This document shows positions 17,476 through 26,750 of a stretch of DNA of 32,816 nt, in pieces. The number at the start of each line of letters is the position of its first letter. Positions within the stretch are counted from its first letter, which is position 1. Location of the stretch: the NCBI GenBank assembly GCA_964411615.1, contig CAYPLO010000009.1:1-32816 (forward strand). The letters are read 5' to 3'. This DNA comes from an uncultured Aquificales bacterium (GTDB lineage Bacteria > Thermosulfidibacterota > Thermosulfidibacteria > Thermosulfidibacterales > Thermosulfidibacteraceae). The notes below the pieces were generated by a model. That model was not told where the DNA came from. It made no database searches and saw only the letters and a program-made list of their open reading frames with translations. A program made the translations under genes and the position numbers.

Positions 17476-19067
17476 TAACCTACATACGCATAAGGGGACT
17501 GGGGGTTATAGAGGACGCCTCTGTTGAGTTTGCCGAAGGCTTCAACGTCATAACGGGAGAGTCTGGGGCCGGAAAGAGTCTCATCGCCCGCTCCATCTCC
17601 TTCCTCTGTGGTGCCCGCATCCCCAGGGATGTCATCCACCCGAGGATTGGCTCCTTACGCGTGGAGGCGGAGTTTGCCCATTATCCTTTTGCGGAGAGGC
17701 TTGAGGAGCTGGGCCTTGAGCCTTCTGAGGGGCTGGTCATCAGGAGGGTGGTTGATGCCTCAGGCAGAGGTAGGGTATTCGTGAACGACACTCCTGTCAC
17801 CCTGAAGGCCCTTTCTTACCTCATGGATGGGGTGGTTGAGATTCAGGGGCAGAGGGAGAGCCTGAAGGTTCTGGATTCGGAGTATCAGCTAAGTCTTCTG
17901 GACAGCCTCGCCGGCACGGAGGGCCTGCTGAAGGATTACGCCACCCTTTACCATGAGTACGTGGATTTGAAGAATAGGCTGGAGAGGATTAAGGGGGAGT
18001 CCCCCGCCCTTGTGAGGGAGATGGACTATCTCAGATACGTGGTGAGGGAGATAGAGGAGGCGGGTATATCGGAGGAGGAAGAGGAGGAGCTGCTGAGGGA
18101 GAGGGAGCTTCTTGCCAACTACGGGAGGCTGGTTGAGACGGCCGACGGTGTCTTCGCCTTGGTTGAGGATGGGGCATGCAACATGGTCTCTGAGGCCGTA
18201 TCGCTACTTTCCAGAGCTCCTTCTCTTCCTGAGCTGGAGGAGGTAAGGGAGCATCTAGCCTCTTCCCTTGAGCGTATGGAGGAGGCTGTTGTGGCCTTGA
18301 GGTCCTTGGTCTCCTCTGTGGACTTCTCTCCCTCAAGGCTTGAGGAGGTGGAGGCCAGACTGGACCTTTACCACAGGCTTAAGTCAAAGTACGGCCCCTC
18401 TGTAGCGGATGTATTAAGGTTCTACCGGGACGCTAAAAAGAGGCTTGAGGAGATGGAGGCTGAGATTTCCAGTAGTCAGGCTCTTGAGGAGCGCCTGGGA
18501 AGGGTTAAGGCTGAGCTGGAGGATATGGCCCGTAGGCTCTCATCAAAGAGGAGGGAGGCTGCTTGTGAGCTGAAGGGCATGGTTGAGGAGAGGCTTAAGC
18601 TTCTTGGATTTGAAAGTCCCGCCTTTGATGTGGAGCTTACTGAGGCTCCCCTTTCAAGGACAGGTGCCGACAGGGTTCAGTTCCTCTTCTCTGCAAATCC
18701 AGACCTTCCACTTCGCCCCCTGTCCAAGGTGGCTTCTGGGGGAGAGCTCTCCAGGGTGCTTCTCGCCCTCAAGCTCATCTTCGCTGAGAGGGAGAGGGCA
18801 CGGGTGGTCCTCTTTGACGAGGTGGATGTGGGCATAGGTGGAAGAACGGCCTCCCTTGTGGCCGATGCCCTGTTGAGTCTCTCCGAGAGGTGTCAGGTGA
18901 TTGCCATCACCCACTTTCCCCAGATAGCTGCCAGGGCCCATCGCCACATTGTGGTGGAGAAGACTTTGCAAGGGGATAGGACTTCTGTTAGAGTTAGGGC
19001 TGTAGAGGGCCATGAGCGACAGGTGGAGATTGAGAGAATGGCTGGAGGGGTTCTGAGGAATGGTTAA
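17472..19067 (+). CDS. recN: DNA repair protein RecN
   Basis: TGESGAGKS Walker A, EIQGQ, ASGGELSR, FDEVDVGIGG and ITHFPQIAA motifs. Confidence 0.97.
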   Translation: MITYIRIRGLGVIEDASVEFAEGFNVITGESGAGKSLIARSISFLCGARIPRDVIHPRIGSLRVEAEFAHYPFAERLEELGLEPSEGLVIRRVVDASGRGRVFVNDTPVTLKALSYLMDGVVEIQGQRESLKVLDSEYQLSLLDSLAGTEGLLKDYATLYHEYVDLKNRLERIKGESPALVREMDYLRYVVREIEEAGISEEEEEELLRERELLANYGRLVETADGVFALVEDGACNMVSEAVSLLSRAPSLPELEEVREHLASSLERMEEAVVALRSLVSSVDFSPSRLEEVEARLDLYHRLKSKYGPSVADVLRFYRDAKKRLEEMEAEISSSQALEERLGRVKAELEDMARRLSSKRREAACELKGMVEERLKLLGFESPAFDVELTEAPLSRTGADRVQFLFSANPDLPLRPLSKVASGGELSRVLLALKLIFAERERARVVLFDEVDVGIGGRTASLVADALLSLSERCQVIAITHFPQIAARAHRHIVVEKTLQGDRTSVRVRAVEGHERQVEIERMAGGVLRNG

Positions 19068-19257
19068 GATAGACCAGGACAGATGCAAGGGCTGTGGTCT
19101 GTGTATAAATGCGTGCCCCCAGAAGGTGCTCACCTTCTCCGAGGGGGTCAACAGGTTCGGGTACCATTTTGCCGTGTGCATTGACCAGGAGAGATGCACG
19201 GGATGCGCCCTCTGTGCAGAGGTGTGTCCCGATGTGTGTATAGAGGTGTTCAGATGA
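19060..19257 (+). CDS. 2[4Fe-4S] ferredoxin (delta subunit of 2-oxoacid:ferredoxin oxidoreductase)
   Basis: CKGCGLCINACP and CTGCALCAEVCP motifs; ATGA-coupled to the alpha subunit gene. Confidence 0.9.
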   Translation: MVKIDQDRCKGCGLCINACPQKVLTFSEGVNRFGYHFAVCIDQERCTGCALCAEVCPDVCIEVFR

Positions 19258-20294
19258 GCCAGAAGAGGTTGTGGAAGGGGTGCGATGCCATAGCTGAGGC
19301 GGCCATACAGGCCGGTTGCAGGTTCTTCGCCGGTTATCCCATCACCCCCCAGTCCCAGATACTGGAGTACATGTCCTGGCGGATGTTTGAGGTGGATGGG
19401 GTCTTTATCCAGAGCGAGAGCGAGCTTGCCGCCATAAACATGGTCATGGGGGCTGCCATAGCGGGGGTGAGGGCCATGACCGCCTCCTCAAGTCCGGGCA
19501 TAAGCCTCATGCAGGAGGGCATCTCCTACATGGCGGGTATGGAGCTGCCCGCCGTGATAGTGAACGTTAACAGGGGAGGTCCCGGGCTTGGGGGTATCCA
19601 GCCCAACCAGGGGGACTACTTCCAGTCCACCAGAGGCGGTGGTCATGGGGACTACAGAACCTTGGTGCTTGCCCCATCCACCGTCCAGGAGGCTGTGGAC
19701 TGTGTCTTCAGGGCCTTCAACCTGGCCGATAAGTACAGGAATCCGGTGCTTATCCAGATAGACGGTATAATCGCCCAGATGATGGAGTCCGTCTCCATAA
19801 GCTCACACCTCTACCAGCCGCCTCCTGAAAAGCCCTGGGCCCTTACGGGATGCCAGGGCAGGGAGCCTCAGCTGGTGAAGTCCCTCTATCTCGGTCCGGG
19901 TGAGCTGACGGAGCACGACTGGAAGCTCTGGCGTAAGTATAGGGATATGGAGCAGGAGGCGGACTGGGAGGAGTACATGGCGGATGGGGACCTGGAGCTG
20001 CTGGTGGTGGCCTTCGGAACCGCAGCCAGGGTCTCCAAGGCGGTTGTTAAGGGATTGAGGAGGGAGGGTAGAAGGGTGGGGCTCTTCAGGCCCGTAACCC
20101 TGTTCCCCTATCCTGCAGAGCCCCTTAAGAGGCTGGCGCAGAGGGCGGAAAGGCTGGTGGTGGTTGAGATGAACACCGGACAGATGCTTGAGGATGTGGA
20201 GAGGTTCACCAGGAGGGATGTGGCCTTCGTAGGTAAGCCTTCGGATGTCTTCTACCCTGAAGAGCTCTACCTTGAGTTGAAGAGGCTTCTTTAG
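19254..20294 (+). CDS. vorB: 2-oxoacid:ferredoxin oxidoreductase alpha subunit (VorB-like)
   Basis: GYPITPQS, QSESELAA, SSSPGISLMQE, RGGPGLG, GGGHGDY and VEMN motifs. ATG 19254 preferred over 19194. Confidence 0.9.
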   Translation: MSQKRLWKGCDAIAEAAIQAGCRFFAGYPITPQSQILEYMSWRMFEVDGVFIQSESELAAINMVMGAAIAGVRAMTASSSPGISLMQEGISYMAGMELPAVIVNVNRGGPGLGGIQPNQGDYFQSTRGGGHGDYRTLVLAPSTVQEAVDCVFRAFNLADKYRNPVLIQIDGIIAQMMESVSISSHLYQPPPEKPWALTGCQGREPQLVKSLYLGPGELTEHDWKLWRKYRDMEQEADWEEYMADGDLELLVVAFGTAARVSKAVVKGLRREGRRVGLFRPVTLFPYPAEPLKRLAQRAERLVVVEMNTGQMLEDVERFTRRDVAFVGKPSDVFYPEELYLELKRLL

Positions 20295-20303
20295 GAGGGG
20301 ACC

Positions 20304-22376
20304 ATGGGTACTGTGTTGCTTGAGATAGGGACAGAGGAGATACCGGCGAGGTTCATGCCAGGAGCTTTGAGATACATGGAGGAGTTCGTCTCTAAGGGCC
20401 TTGAGGAGCGCCGTGTAGACTTTGATAGGGTCTATGCCACAGGCACACCCAGGAGGCTTGTACTTTTTGTGTATGGGGTTTCCGAGAGGCAGAGGGACCT
20501 TGAGGAGGAGGTGATAGGGCCTCCTGCCAGGGTGGCCTTTGATGCCACAGGTAAGGTCACCAGGGCCGGTGAGGGATTCGCCAGGGCCCAGGGCGTCAGC
20601 GTGGAGGAGCTTAAGGTCAAGCAGACCCCCAAGGGGGAGTACGTCTACATAGTGAAGAGGGAGGAGGGGAGACCCACCATTGAGCTTCTGCCGGAGTTGT
20701 TCAGGGAGATGATATTAAAATTCCCTTGGCCCAAGTCCATGAGGTGGGGCTCAAGAAAGATACGCTTTGCCAGGCCCATACACTGGATACTTGCCCTGTT
20801 TGATGAAGAGGTTGTTAGGTTCTCTGTGGCGGATATAGAGAGCTCCAACATCACCTATGGACACAGGTTCCTAGCCCCTGGGGCCATTGAGGTGAAGACT
20901 CCTGAGGACTATCCCCAGGTGATGGAGAAGGCCTACGTTGTCTTTGACCACAACCGCAGGAGAGAGCTGATAAAGGAGCAGGTTAAGGAGAAGGCCCGGG
21001 AGGTTGGCGGGGTTCCCGACGAGGATGAGGAGCTTCTTGAGGAGGTCAACTTTCTGGTTGAGTACCCTGTGGCCACCGTTGGCAGCTTCGACAAGAAGTT
21101 CTTGGAGCTTCCCCAGGAGGTCCTCATAGTCACCATGAAGGAGCATCAGAAGTACTTCCCCGTCTTTGATGAAGAGGGAAGGATAAAGCCGCACTTCGTT
21201 GTGGTCAACAACATAATAACCGACGATATGGAGCTTATAACCAGGGGCAACGAGAGGGTGCTGAAGGCGAGGCTTGCCGATGCCAAATTCTTCTACGAAG
21301 AGGACAAGAAGGTTCCCCTGGAGGAGATGTTTGAAAGGCTCAAAAACGTGGTGTTCCAGGAGAAGCTGGGCACCTCATACGAAAAAGTGATGAGGTTCAG
21401 GGAGATAGCCCGGAATCTGGCGCAGAGGCTTGTTCCCGATAAACTGGACAAGGTTGATAGATGTGCCCTTCTCTGCAAGGCGGACCTTGAGTCCCAGATG
21501 GTCAACGAGTTTGACGAGCTCCAGGGGATTATGGGGAGGGAGTACGCCTACCTCAGGGGTGAGGACCCTGAGGTGGCGGAGGGGATATTTGAGCACTACC
21601 TTCCCAGATTTTCGGGGGACAGGCTCCCCGAGACCGATGCGGGGGCCATAGTGGGCATAGCCGACAGGATAGATACCATTGTGGGTTGCTTCGGGATAGG
21701 GCTCATCCCAACCGGCTCTGAGGACCCCTACGGCATGCGCAGAGATGCCCTGGGCATAGTGCAGGTTCTTCTCCATAAGGGATACAGGATTGACCTTGGG
21801 GAGCTTGTGGATATGGCCCTTGAGCTTCTCAAAGACAGGATTGAGAGGCCTGCGGAACAGGTGAAGGAGGATGTTCTCAACTTCTTCAGGCAGAGGATAT
21901 ACCACCTGTGGGTTTCTGAGGGCTACAGGTACGACCTTGTGGATGCCGTGCTTGAGGCGGGCTTCTCGGATGTGGTTGATGCCAAGATGAGGCTTGATGC
22001 GCTGAGGGACCTTTCGGAAGAGCCCGACTTTGAGTCCCTTATGACCACCTTCAAGAGGGTGGTGAATATCATTCCTCAGGGCTTCTCCTCTGTTCAGGTG
22101 GATGCCTCCCTCTTTGAGAAGGACGTGGAGGAGAGGCTTCACAGGGCGGTGCTGGAGGTTGAGAGGGATATAGACAGGCTCGTGTCCTCCGGCCGGTATA
22201 AAGAGGCCCTTACGGCACTTGCCTCTCTTAAGCCCCTTGTGGACGAGTTCTTTGATAACGTGCTGGTGATGGATAAGGATGAGGCCAAGAGGAACAACAG
22301 GCTCTCCCTCCTCAACAGGATAGCCAGAATGTTTGCGAAGATAGCAGACCTGAAGAAGGTGGTGGTGTCCAAATGA
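20304..22376 (+). CDS. glyS: Glycine--tRNA ligase beta subunit
   Basis: LLEIGTEEIP, TPRRL, WPKSMRW, EF.ELQGIMG, PTGSEDPY and FFDNVLVM..NRL motifs; SD AGGAGG. Confidence 0.98.
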   Translation: MGTVLLEIGTEEIPARFMPGALRYMEEFVSKGLEERRVDFDRVYATGTPRRLVLFVYGVSERQRDLEEEVIGPPARVAFDATGKVTRAGEGFARAQGVSVEELKVKQTPKGEYVYIVKREEGRPTIELLPELFREMILKFPWPKSMRWGSRKIRFARPIHWILALFDEEVVRFSVADIESSNITYGHRFLAPGAIEVKTPEDYPQVMEKAYVVFDHNRRRELIKEQVKEKAREVGGVPDEDEELLEEVNFLVEYPVATVGSFDKKFLELPQEVLIVTMKEHQKYFPVFDEEGRIKPHFVVVNNIITDDMELITRGNERVLKARLADAKFFYEEDKKVPLEEMFERLKNVVFQEKLGTSYEKVMRFREIARNLAQRLVPDKLDKVDRCALLCKADLESQMVNEFDELQGIMGREYAYLRGEDPEVAEGIFEHYLPRFSGDRLPETDAGAIVGIADRIDTIVGCFGIGLIPTGSEDPYGMRRDALGIVQVLLHKGYRIDLGELVDMALELLKDRIERPAEQVKEDVLNFFRQRIYHLWVSEGYRYDLVDAVLEAGFSDVVDAKMRLDALRDLSEEPDFESLMTTFKRVVNIIPQGFSSVQVDASLFEKDVEERLHRAVLEVERDIDRLVSSGRYKEALTALASLKPLVDEFFDNVLVMDKDEAKRNNRLSLLNRIARMFAKIADLKKVVVSK

Positions 22377-23023
22377 CACCTGAGGAGCGGGCCCTTGACT
22401 ACATGAGGCGTGGATGGGGCAGCAGGGCCTCTGTCTTCATGGCCGTTACCGACCACTTCGGCGTTGACCTTGATATGACCACCAGAAAGTGGATATGCCT
22501 CGCCATAGACCCCTTCCACGGCCCTTCCGGTTCTTTAATACTGAACGGCAAGAGATTCGGCATCAACATCTGCGGTGCCCTGGCAGGTGCCCTTTCGGCC
22601 TTCAACATAGTGTATGCAACCCCTGACATGCTCCCCTACGAGTTCTGGACCGAGGGGATGAGGGAAGGGGGTTGGGTGAGACGGCTGATAGATGAGAACA
22701 GGCCCATTGAGGAGAAGGTGAGGGTCTTTCTGAATATGTGCGAGAGATACGGATACGGGGCCCATCACGAGATGGTGAGAAGGTTTTATCACAGGTTCGG
22801 AACCACCGACTGCTACGACCTGTGCCGCCAGGTGGGAGACCCCGTCTCTTATCAGTGCTTTAAGAACTGTGCTAAGGTTGTGTGCTGGACTGCGGGTATG
22901 GCGGTGGAGGTGATAGAGGCGTTCAGGGAGAATCCTGAGAGGTTCAGGATATCCAGGGAGCATGCCTTCTGGAGGATAGTGGAGGAGGCTAAAGCTCAAT
23001 CGGGTCAAGGGGAAGGCTGTTGA
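22373..23023 (+). CDS. C-GCAxxG-C-C family putative redox protein (divergent)
   Basis: ICGALAGA, FGTTDCYDL and NCAKVV motifs; ATGA-coupled to glyS. Confidence 0.7.
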   Translation: MTPEERALDYMRRGWGSRASVFMAVTDHFGVDLDMTTRKWICLAIDPFHGPSGSLILNGKRFGINICGALAGALSAFNIVYATPDMLPYEFWTEGMREGGWVRRLIDENRPIEEKVRVFLNMCERYGYGAHHEMVRRFYHRFGTTDCYDLCRQVGDPVSYQCFKNCAKVVCWTAGMAVEVIEAFRENPERFRISREHAFWRIVEEAKAQSGQGEGC

Positions 23024-24056
23024 GGCACTGGCACCCGTCCTCTTCAAGAAGGTAGATGTTTTCAAGCCTTACTCCGAATCTGCCGGGGATGTAGATTCCC
23101 GGCTCTACGGTGAACACGTTGCCCCTTCTGAGCCTGTCCTCTGATAGAGGGCTCAATGTGGGTCCTTCGTGTATCTCAAGCCCCACGCCGTGTCCCAGCC
23201 CATGTCCGAAAAGGCCTGTGTATCCGGCCTCCTCTATAACCCTCTGTGCCACATGGTGGACCTTCCTGCAGTCCCTCTCTCCTCTGTCTATGGCCTCAAC
23301 GGCGGCCTCGTGCGCCCTCCTCACCGTCTCTATAACCCTCTTCTCCTCAGGTGTGAGCTTACCCACCTTCACCATGCGTGTTATGTCAGAACAGTAGCCC
23401 TTAAAGGTGCAGCCGAAATCGAAGACTATGAGGTCGCCATTCTCTATCTTCTTTTCAGAGGCCGTTCCGTGTGGCAGGGATGACCTGTATCCTGAAGCCA
23501 CTATGATGGGGAAGGATACCTCCTCTGCTCCTCTTCTCCTCATGGCCATCTCAAGCTCAAGGGCTATCTCCTTCTCAGTGATACCGGGTTTTACCAGGTT
23601 GAGCACCTCTTTGAAGGCTTCCTCCGCTATCCTCAGGGCCCTTCTGATGTTCTCTATCTCACCTTCCGTTTTCACCTCCCTCAGGGACTCAACGGCCTTG
23701 AAGACCACCTTGAAATTGGTGTCTGGTAGGTTTTTCTTCATCCTTTCAAGGCTTCCCACCTGCAACCACTCCTCAACCCCAACCACTTTCGGGGTGTAGT
23801 TTCTGGCTATCCACTTGGACAGCCTCTCGTTTCGCAGCTCCTTTACCTGCCACCCTTCACACTCCTTTCTGGCCTGCTCCGTGTACCTCGGGTCGGTTAT
23901 AAACAGGGCTTTCTCTTTATCTATCAGAACGGCTCCAAAGCTTCCCGTAAAACCTGTAAGGTATCTTACATTCTCCATCTTCGTTATCAGAAGAAGGTCC
24001 AGCCCTTCCCTCTCAAGAACGCTCCTGAGTCTTCCGTGGGCTTCACCTGCGGTCAT
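22989..24056 (-). CDS. Xaa-Pro aminopeptidase/dipeptidase (M24B)
   Basis: NVRYLTGF, TDPRY, PHG, DFG...YCSDITR, HGLGHGVGLEIHE, TVEPGIY and GVRLE motifs. Confidence 0.95.
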   Translation of the reverse strand: MTAGEAHGRLRSVLEREGLDLLLITKMENVRYLTGFTGSFGAVLIDKEKALFITDPRYTEQARKECEGWQVKELRNERLSKWIARNYTPKVVGVEEWLQVGSLERMKKNLPDTNFKVVFKAVESLREVKTEGEIENIRRALRIAEEAFKEVLNLVKPGITEKEIALELEMAMRRRGAEEVSFPIIVASGYRSSLPHGTASEKKIENGDLIVFDFGCTFKGYCSDITRMVKVGKLTPEEKRVIETVRRAHEAAVEAIDRGERDCRKVHHVAQRVIEEAGYTGLFGHGLGHGVGLEIHEGPTLSPLSEDRLRRGNVFTVEPGIYIPGRFGVRLENIYLLEEDGCQCLNSLPLDPIEL

Positions 24057-24483
24057 GCCACTCTCCTATGAACCTGAGGGCTGCTATGTAGGAGTAGATG
24101 CCCAGACCCGTTATAGTTCCCACCGCTATATCGGATATGGTTGAGCGCTTTCTGAAGTCTTCCCTTGCGTGTGTATTGGATATGTGCACCTCAATGAAGG
24201 GTATGCCTGCACCCTTTAGCGCATCTCTGAGGGCTATGCTGGTGTGGGTCAGTGCTCCGGGATTTATGACTATAAAGTCCACTCTGTTTCTGGCCCTGTG
24301 GATGGCCTCCACTATCTCCCCTTCGTGGTTGCTCTGGAAGGTTACAACCTCAAGCCCTATCTTATCTCCCTCCTCTTCAAGGAGCCTGTTCAGGCTGTGG
24401 ATATCTGTGGTTCCGTATATGTCAGGCTCCCTCGTTCCCAGAAGGTTCAGGTTTGGCCCGTGAATCACCAGAACCCTCTTCAT
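24043..24483 (-). CDS. aroQ: Type II 3-dehydroquinate dehydratase
   Basis: HGPNLNLLGTREP.IYG, QSNHEG, INPGALTHTS and EVHISN motifs. Confidence 0.98.
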   Translation of the reverse strand: MKRVLVIHGPNLNLLGTREPDIYGTTDIHSLNRLLEEEGDKIGLEVVTFQSNHEGEIVEAIHRARNRVDFIVINPGALTHTSIALRDALKGAGIPFIEVHISNTHAREDFRKRSTISDIAVGTITGLGIYSYIAALRFIGEWHDRR

Positions 24484-25127
24484 GCCGCAGGCTCCTCCGG
24501 GGTGAGGTAGCTCAGGTACTCCTCAACCTTCTCCTTCAGCTCTTGGGCCTCTTGATTCTCAGGTTCCCTCTCAAGCACCTTCTCAAGAACCTTCAGCGCC
24601 TCCTCAAACAGGCACTGCCTGAGGTATGTCTGGGCCATCTCCACCGTCTGAAACTCCTCATCTGCCTCTTCCAGTTCCTCTTCGTCAAGAACGAGGACCT
24701 CTTCCTCCTCTGCTGTCTCTTCCGGCGCTTCTTCCACCACCTCCACCTCGGGGAGAAGCTCCCTTATCTGCTGGTTATCCCATTGAACCATTGAGTTCAC
24801 TACGGAGAACTCTTCTATCGCCGTCTCATCCTCCCCAATCTCAAATGCGATTTCTGCAACGAGCCTCCTTACACCAAGGTAGAAGGGCTCCTCTTCAAGG
24901 ATGCCCTTTAAAAGCTCAAGGGCTTCCTCTTTCAGCCCCTGCTGGAGCATGAGAAGGGCAAGGTTATAAGCCTCATAGGGGTTGTCCTTAGAGCAGAACC
25001 TCTTGGCCTCCTCTATTTTACCCTCCCTGAGCAGGAGCCATCCGTAGCATCCCCTGAGTATGGGGTGCCCCTTCTTCTTGAGGAGCTCTTTCAGCCTGTC
25101 CGCCCTTCTTACCTTCAGTTTAAGCAG
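24480..25127 (-). CDS. Tetratricopeptide repeat protein with acidic linker; probable CTG start
   Basis: TPR-like helices. The frame stays open and protein-like upstream of ATG 24950. AGGAGG (25140-25135) lies 7 nt before an in-frame CTG at 25127. Start uncertain. Confidence 0.75.
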   Translation of the reverse strand: MLKLKVRRADRLKELLKKKGHPILRGCYGWLLLREGKIEEAKRFCSKDNPYEAYNLALLMLQQGLKEEALELLKGILEEEPFYLGVRRLVAEIAFEIGEDETAIEEFSVVNSMVQWDNQQIRELLPEVEVVEEAPEETAEEEEVLVLDEEELEEADEEFQTVEMAQTYLRQCLFEEALKVLEKVLEREPENQEAQELKEKVEEYLSYLTPEEPAA

Positions 25128-25630
25128 TTCAGCACCTCCTCTGCCACTTCCTCCGGCGTCTTTCCGTCCACCTTCACGGTTATATGGGCTGCCCCCTGAT
25201 ATAAGGGGAGCCTCTTTTTGTAGAGCTTCATGACCTCCTCTTCTGGCCTTTCAAGAAGGGGTCTGTCTCCTTTTAGGCTTTCAAGCCTTCTTGTAAACCC
25301 CTCCCACGATATCTCAAGATAGACCACCTTCCCCTCTTCCCTCATGAACCTCACATTCTCTGGGTTCTCAACGACTCCTCCTCCCGTTGCCACCACCGCC
25401 TCTTTTCCTCTTAAGGCTATCAGTGCCTCTCTTTCCATCCTCCTGAAGGCATGCTCACCCATCCGGCGGAATATGGTGGGTATGCTCATGCCTGCTGCAA
25501 GTTCTATCTTCTCGTCCAGGTCCACAAAGGGGAGGTTTAGCCTCCTGCTGAGTATCCTCCCCACTGTGCTTTTGCCCGCTCCCATGAACCCTATGAGGAA
25601 CAGCTTCCTATACTCTTGAGACCCTTTCAA
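25115..25630 (-). CDS. aroK: Shikimate kinase
   Basis: LIGFMGAGKSTVG, DLD, GE.AFR..E, ATGGG and RPLL motifs. Confidence 0.97.
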   Translation of the reverse strand: MKGSQEYRKLFLIGFMGAGKSTVGRILSRRLNLPFVDLDEKIELAAGMSIPTIFRRMGEHAFRRMEREALIALRGKEAVVATGGGVVENPENVRFMREEGKVVYLEISWEGFTRRLESLKGDRPLLERPEEEVMKLYKKRLPLYQGAAHITVKVDGKTPEEVAEEVLNCLN

Positions 25631-26750
25631 GGTAGGCTCTTAAGGCCCCCTTTATATCTTCAACGTTGTCTTCTCCGAACTTCTCAAGCACCGCCTCTGT
25701 GAGGACTATGGCCAGCATGGCCTCTCCAACCACCGCTGCTGCTGGTACTGCACATACATCGCTTCTCTCCCTGCCGGCGGGGGCTGGTTCCTTGGTCTTT
25801 ACATGGAAGCTTCTTAATGGGGATGAGAGGGTTGGGATGGGCTTCATGAAGCATCTTACCACGATCTCCTCTCCGTTGGTTATCCCTCCTTCTATTCCGC
25901 CGGCCCTGTTGCTTCTCCTTACCACCTTCCCATCTTTCCAGAGCAGCTCATCGTGGAACCGGGAACCCTCCAGTTGCCAGCAGTCCCATCCGCATCCTAT
26001 GGATACCCCCTTCACCGCCTGTATGCTCATCATGGCCTGGGCTATCCTGCCGTCCAACCTCCTATCCCACTGGGTGTGGCTTCCCAGCCCGGGTGGGACT
26101 CCTTTTGCCCTCACCTCAAATACACCGCCAACGGTGTCTCCTTTCTCTCTGGCCTTGTCTATCTCCCTTCTCATCCTTTCGTCTGCTTCAGGAACGGGAC
26201 AGCGTGTGGGGAACTGGTCCGCTCTTAACATATCCTGAAAGGAGAGCTCCTCTTCTACTCTCACTCTGCCTATGGCGATAACCGCAGATGCTATCTCTAT
26301 CCCTATCTCTTTTAGGAAAAGCTTGCACAGTGCCCCGGCCGCCACCCTGCCTGCCGTCTCTCTGGCGCTCGACCTCTCTATGCTGGGACGCATCTCTTCG
26401 TATCCGTACTTGAGCATGGCCGGAAGGTCTGCGTGTCCCGGCCTCGGAATGAAAAAGGGCCTTTCGGCTGTTGGGTTTACCGGGTCCATCACTTCTCTCC
26501 AATTTTCCCAGTCTCTGTTGAAGACTGCAAGCATGACTGGGGCACCTGTGGTTCTTCCCCTGTATATGCCTGATAGAATCTCAACTTTATCCCTTTCTAT
26601 TCTCATGCGGGCTCCTCTTCCGTAGCCCATCTGCCTTCTTGCCAGTTCCCCGTTTATGAACTCCACATCCACCTTGAGGCCTGAGGGGAACCCGTCGAGC
26701 AGGGCAAATATACCTCTGCCGTGGGACTCTCCCCCGGTGAGGAACCTCAT
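25608..26750 (-). CDS. aroC: Chorismate synthase
   Basis: GESHG, RRQMGYGRG, PRPGHAD, ERSSARETA, NRAGGIEGG and KPIPT motifs. Confidence 0.99.
   Translation of the reverse strand: MRFLTGGESHGRGIFALLDGFPSGLKVDVEFINGELARRQMGYGRGARMRIERDKVEILSGIYRGRTTGAPVMLAVFNRDWENWREVMDPVNPTAERPFFIPRPGHADLPAMLKYGYEEMRPSIERSSARETAGRVAAGALCKLFLKEIGIEIASAVIAIGRVRVEEELSFQDMLRADQFPTRCPVPEADERMRREIDKAREKGDTVGGVFEVRAKGVPPGLGSHTQWDRRLDGRIAQAMMSIQAVKGVSIGCGWDCWQLEGSRFHDELLWKDGKVVRRSNRAGGIEGGITNGEEIVVRCFMKPIPTLSSPLRSFHVKTKEPAPAGRERSDVCAVPAAAVVGEAMLAIVLTEAVLEKFGEDNVEDIKGALRAYLERVSRV

Noticed and set aside
24640..24750. GAG/GAA-rich low-complexity stretch
   Set aside because: Encodes the acidic linker of the TPR protein; not a DNA repeat element.
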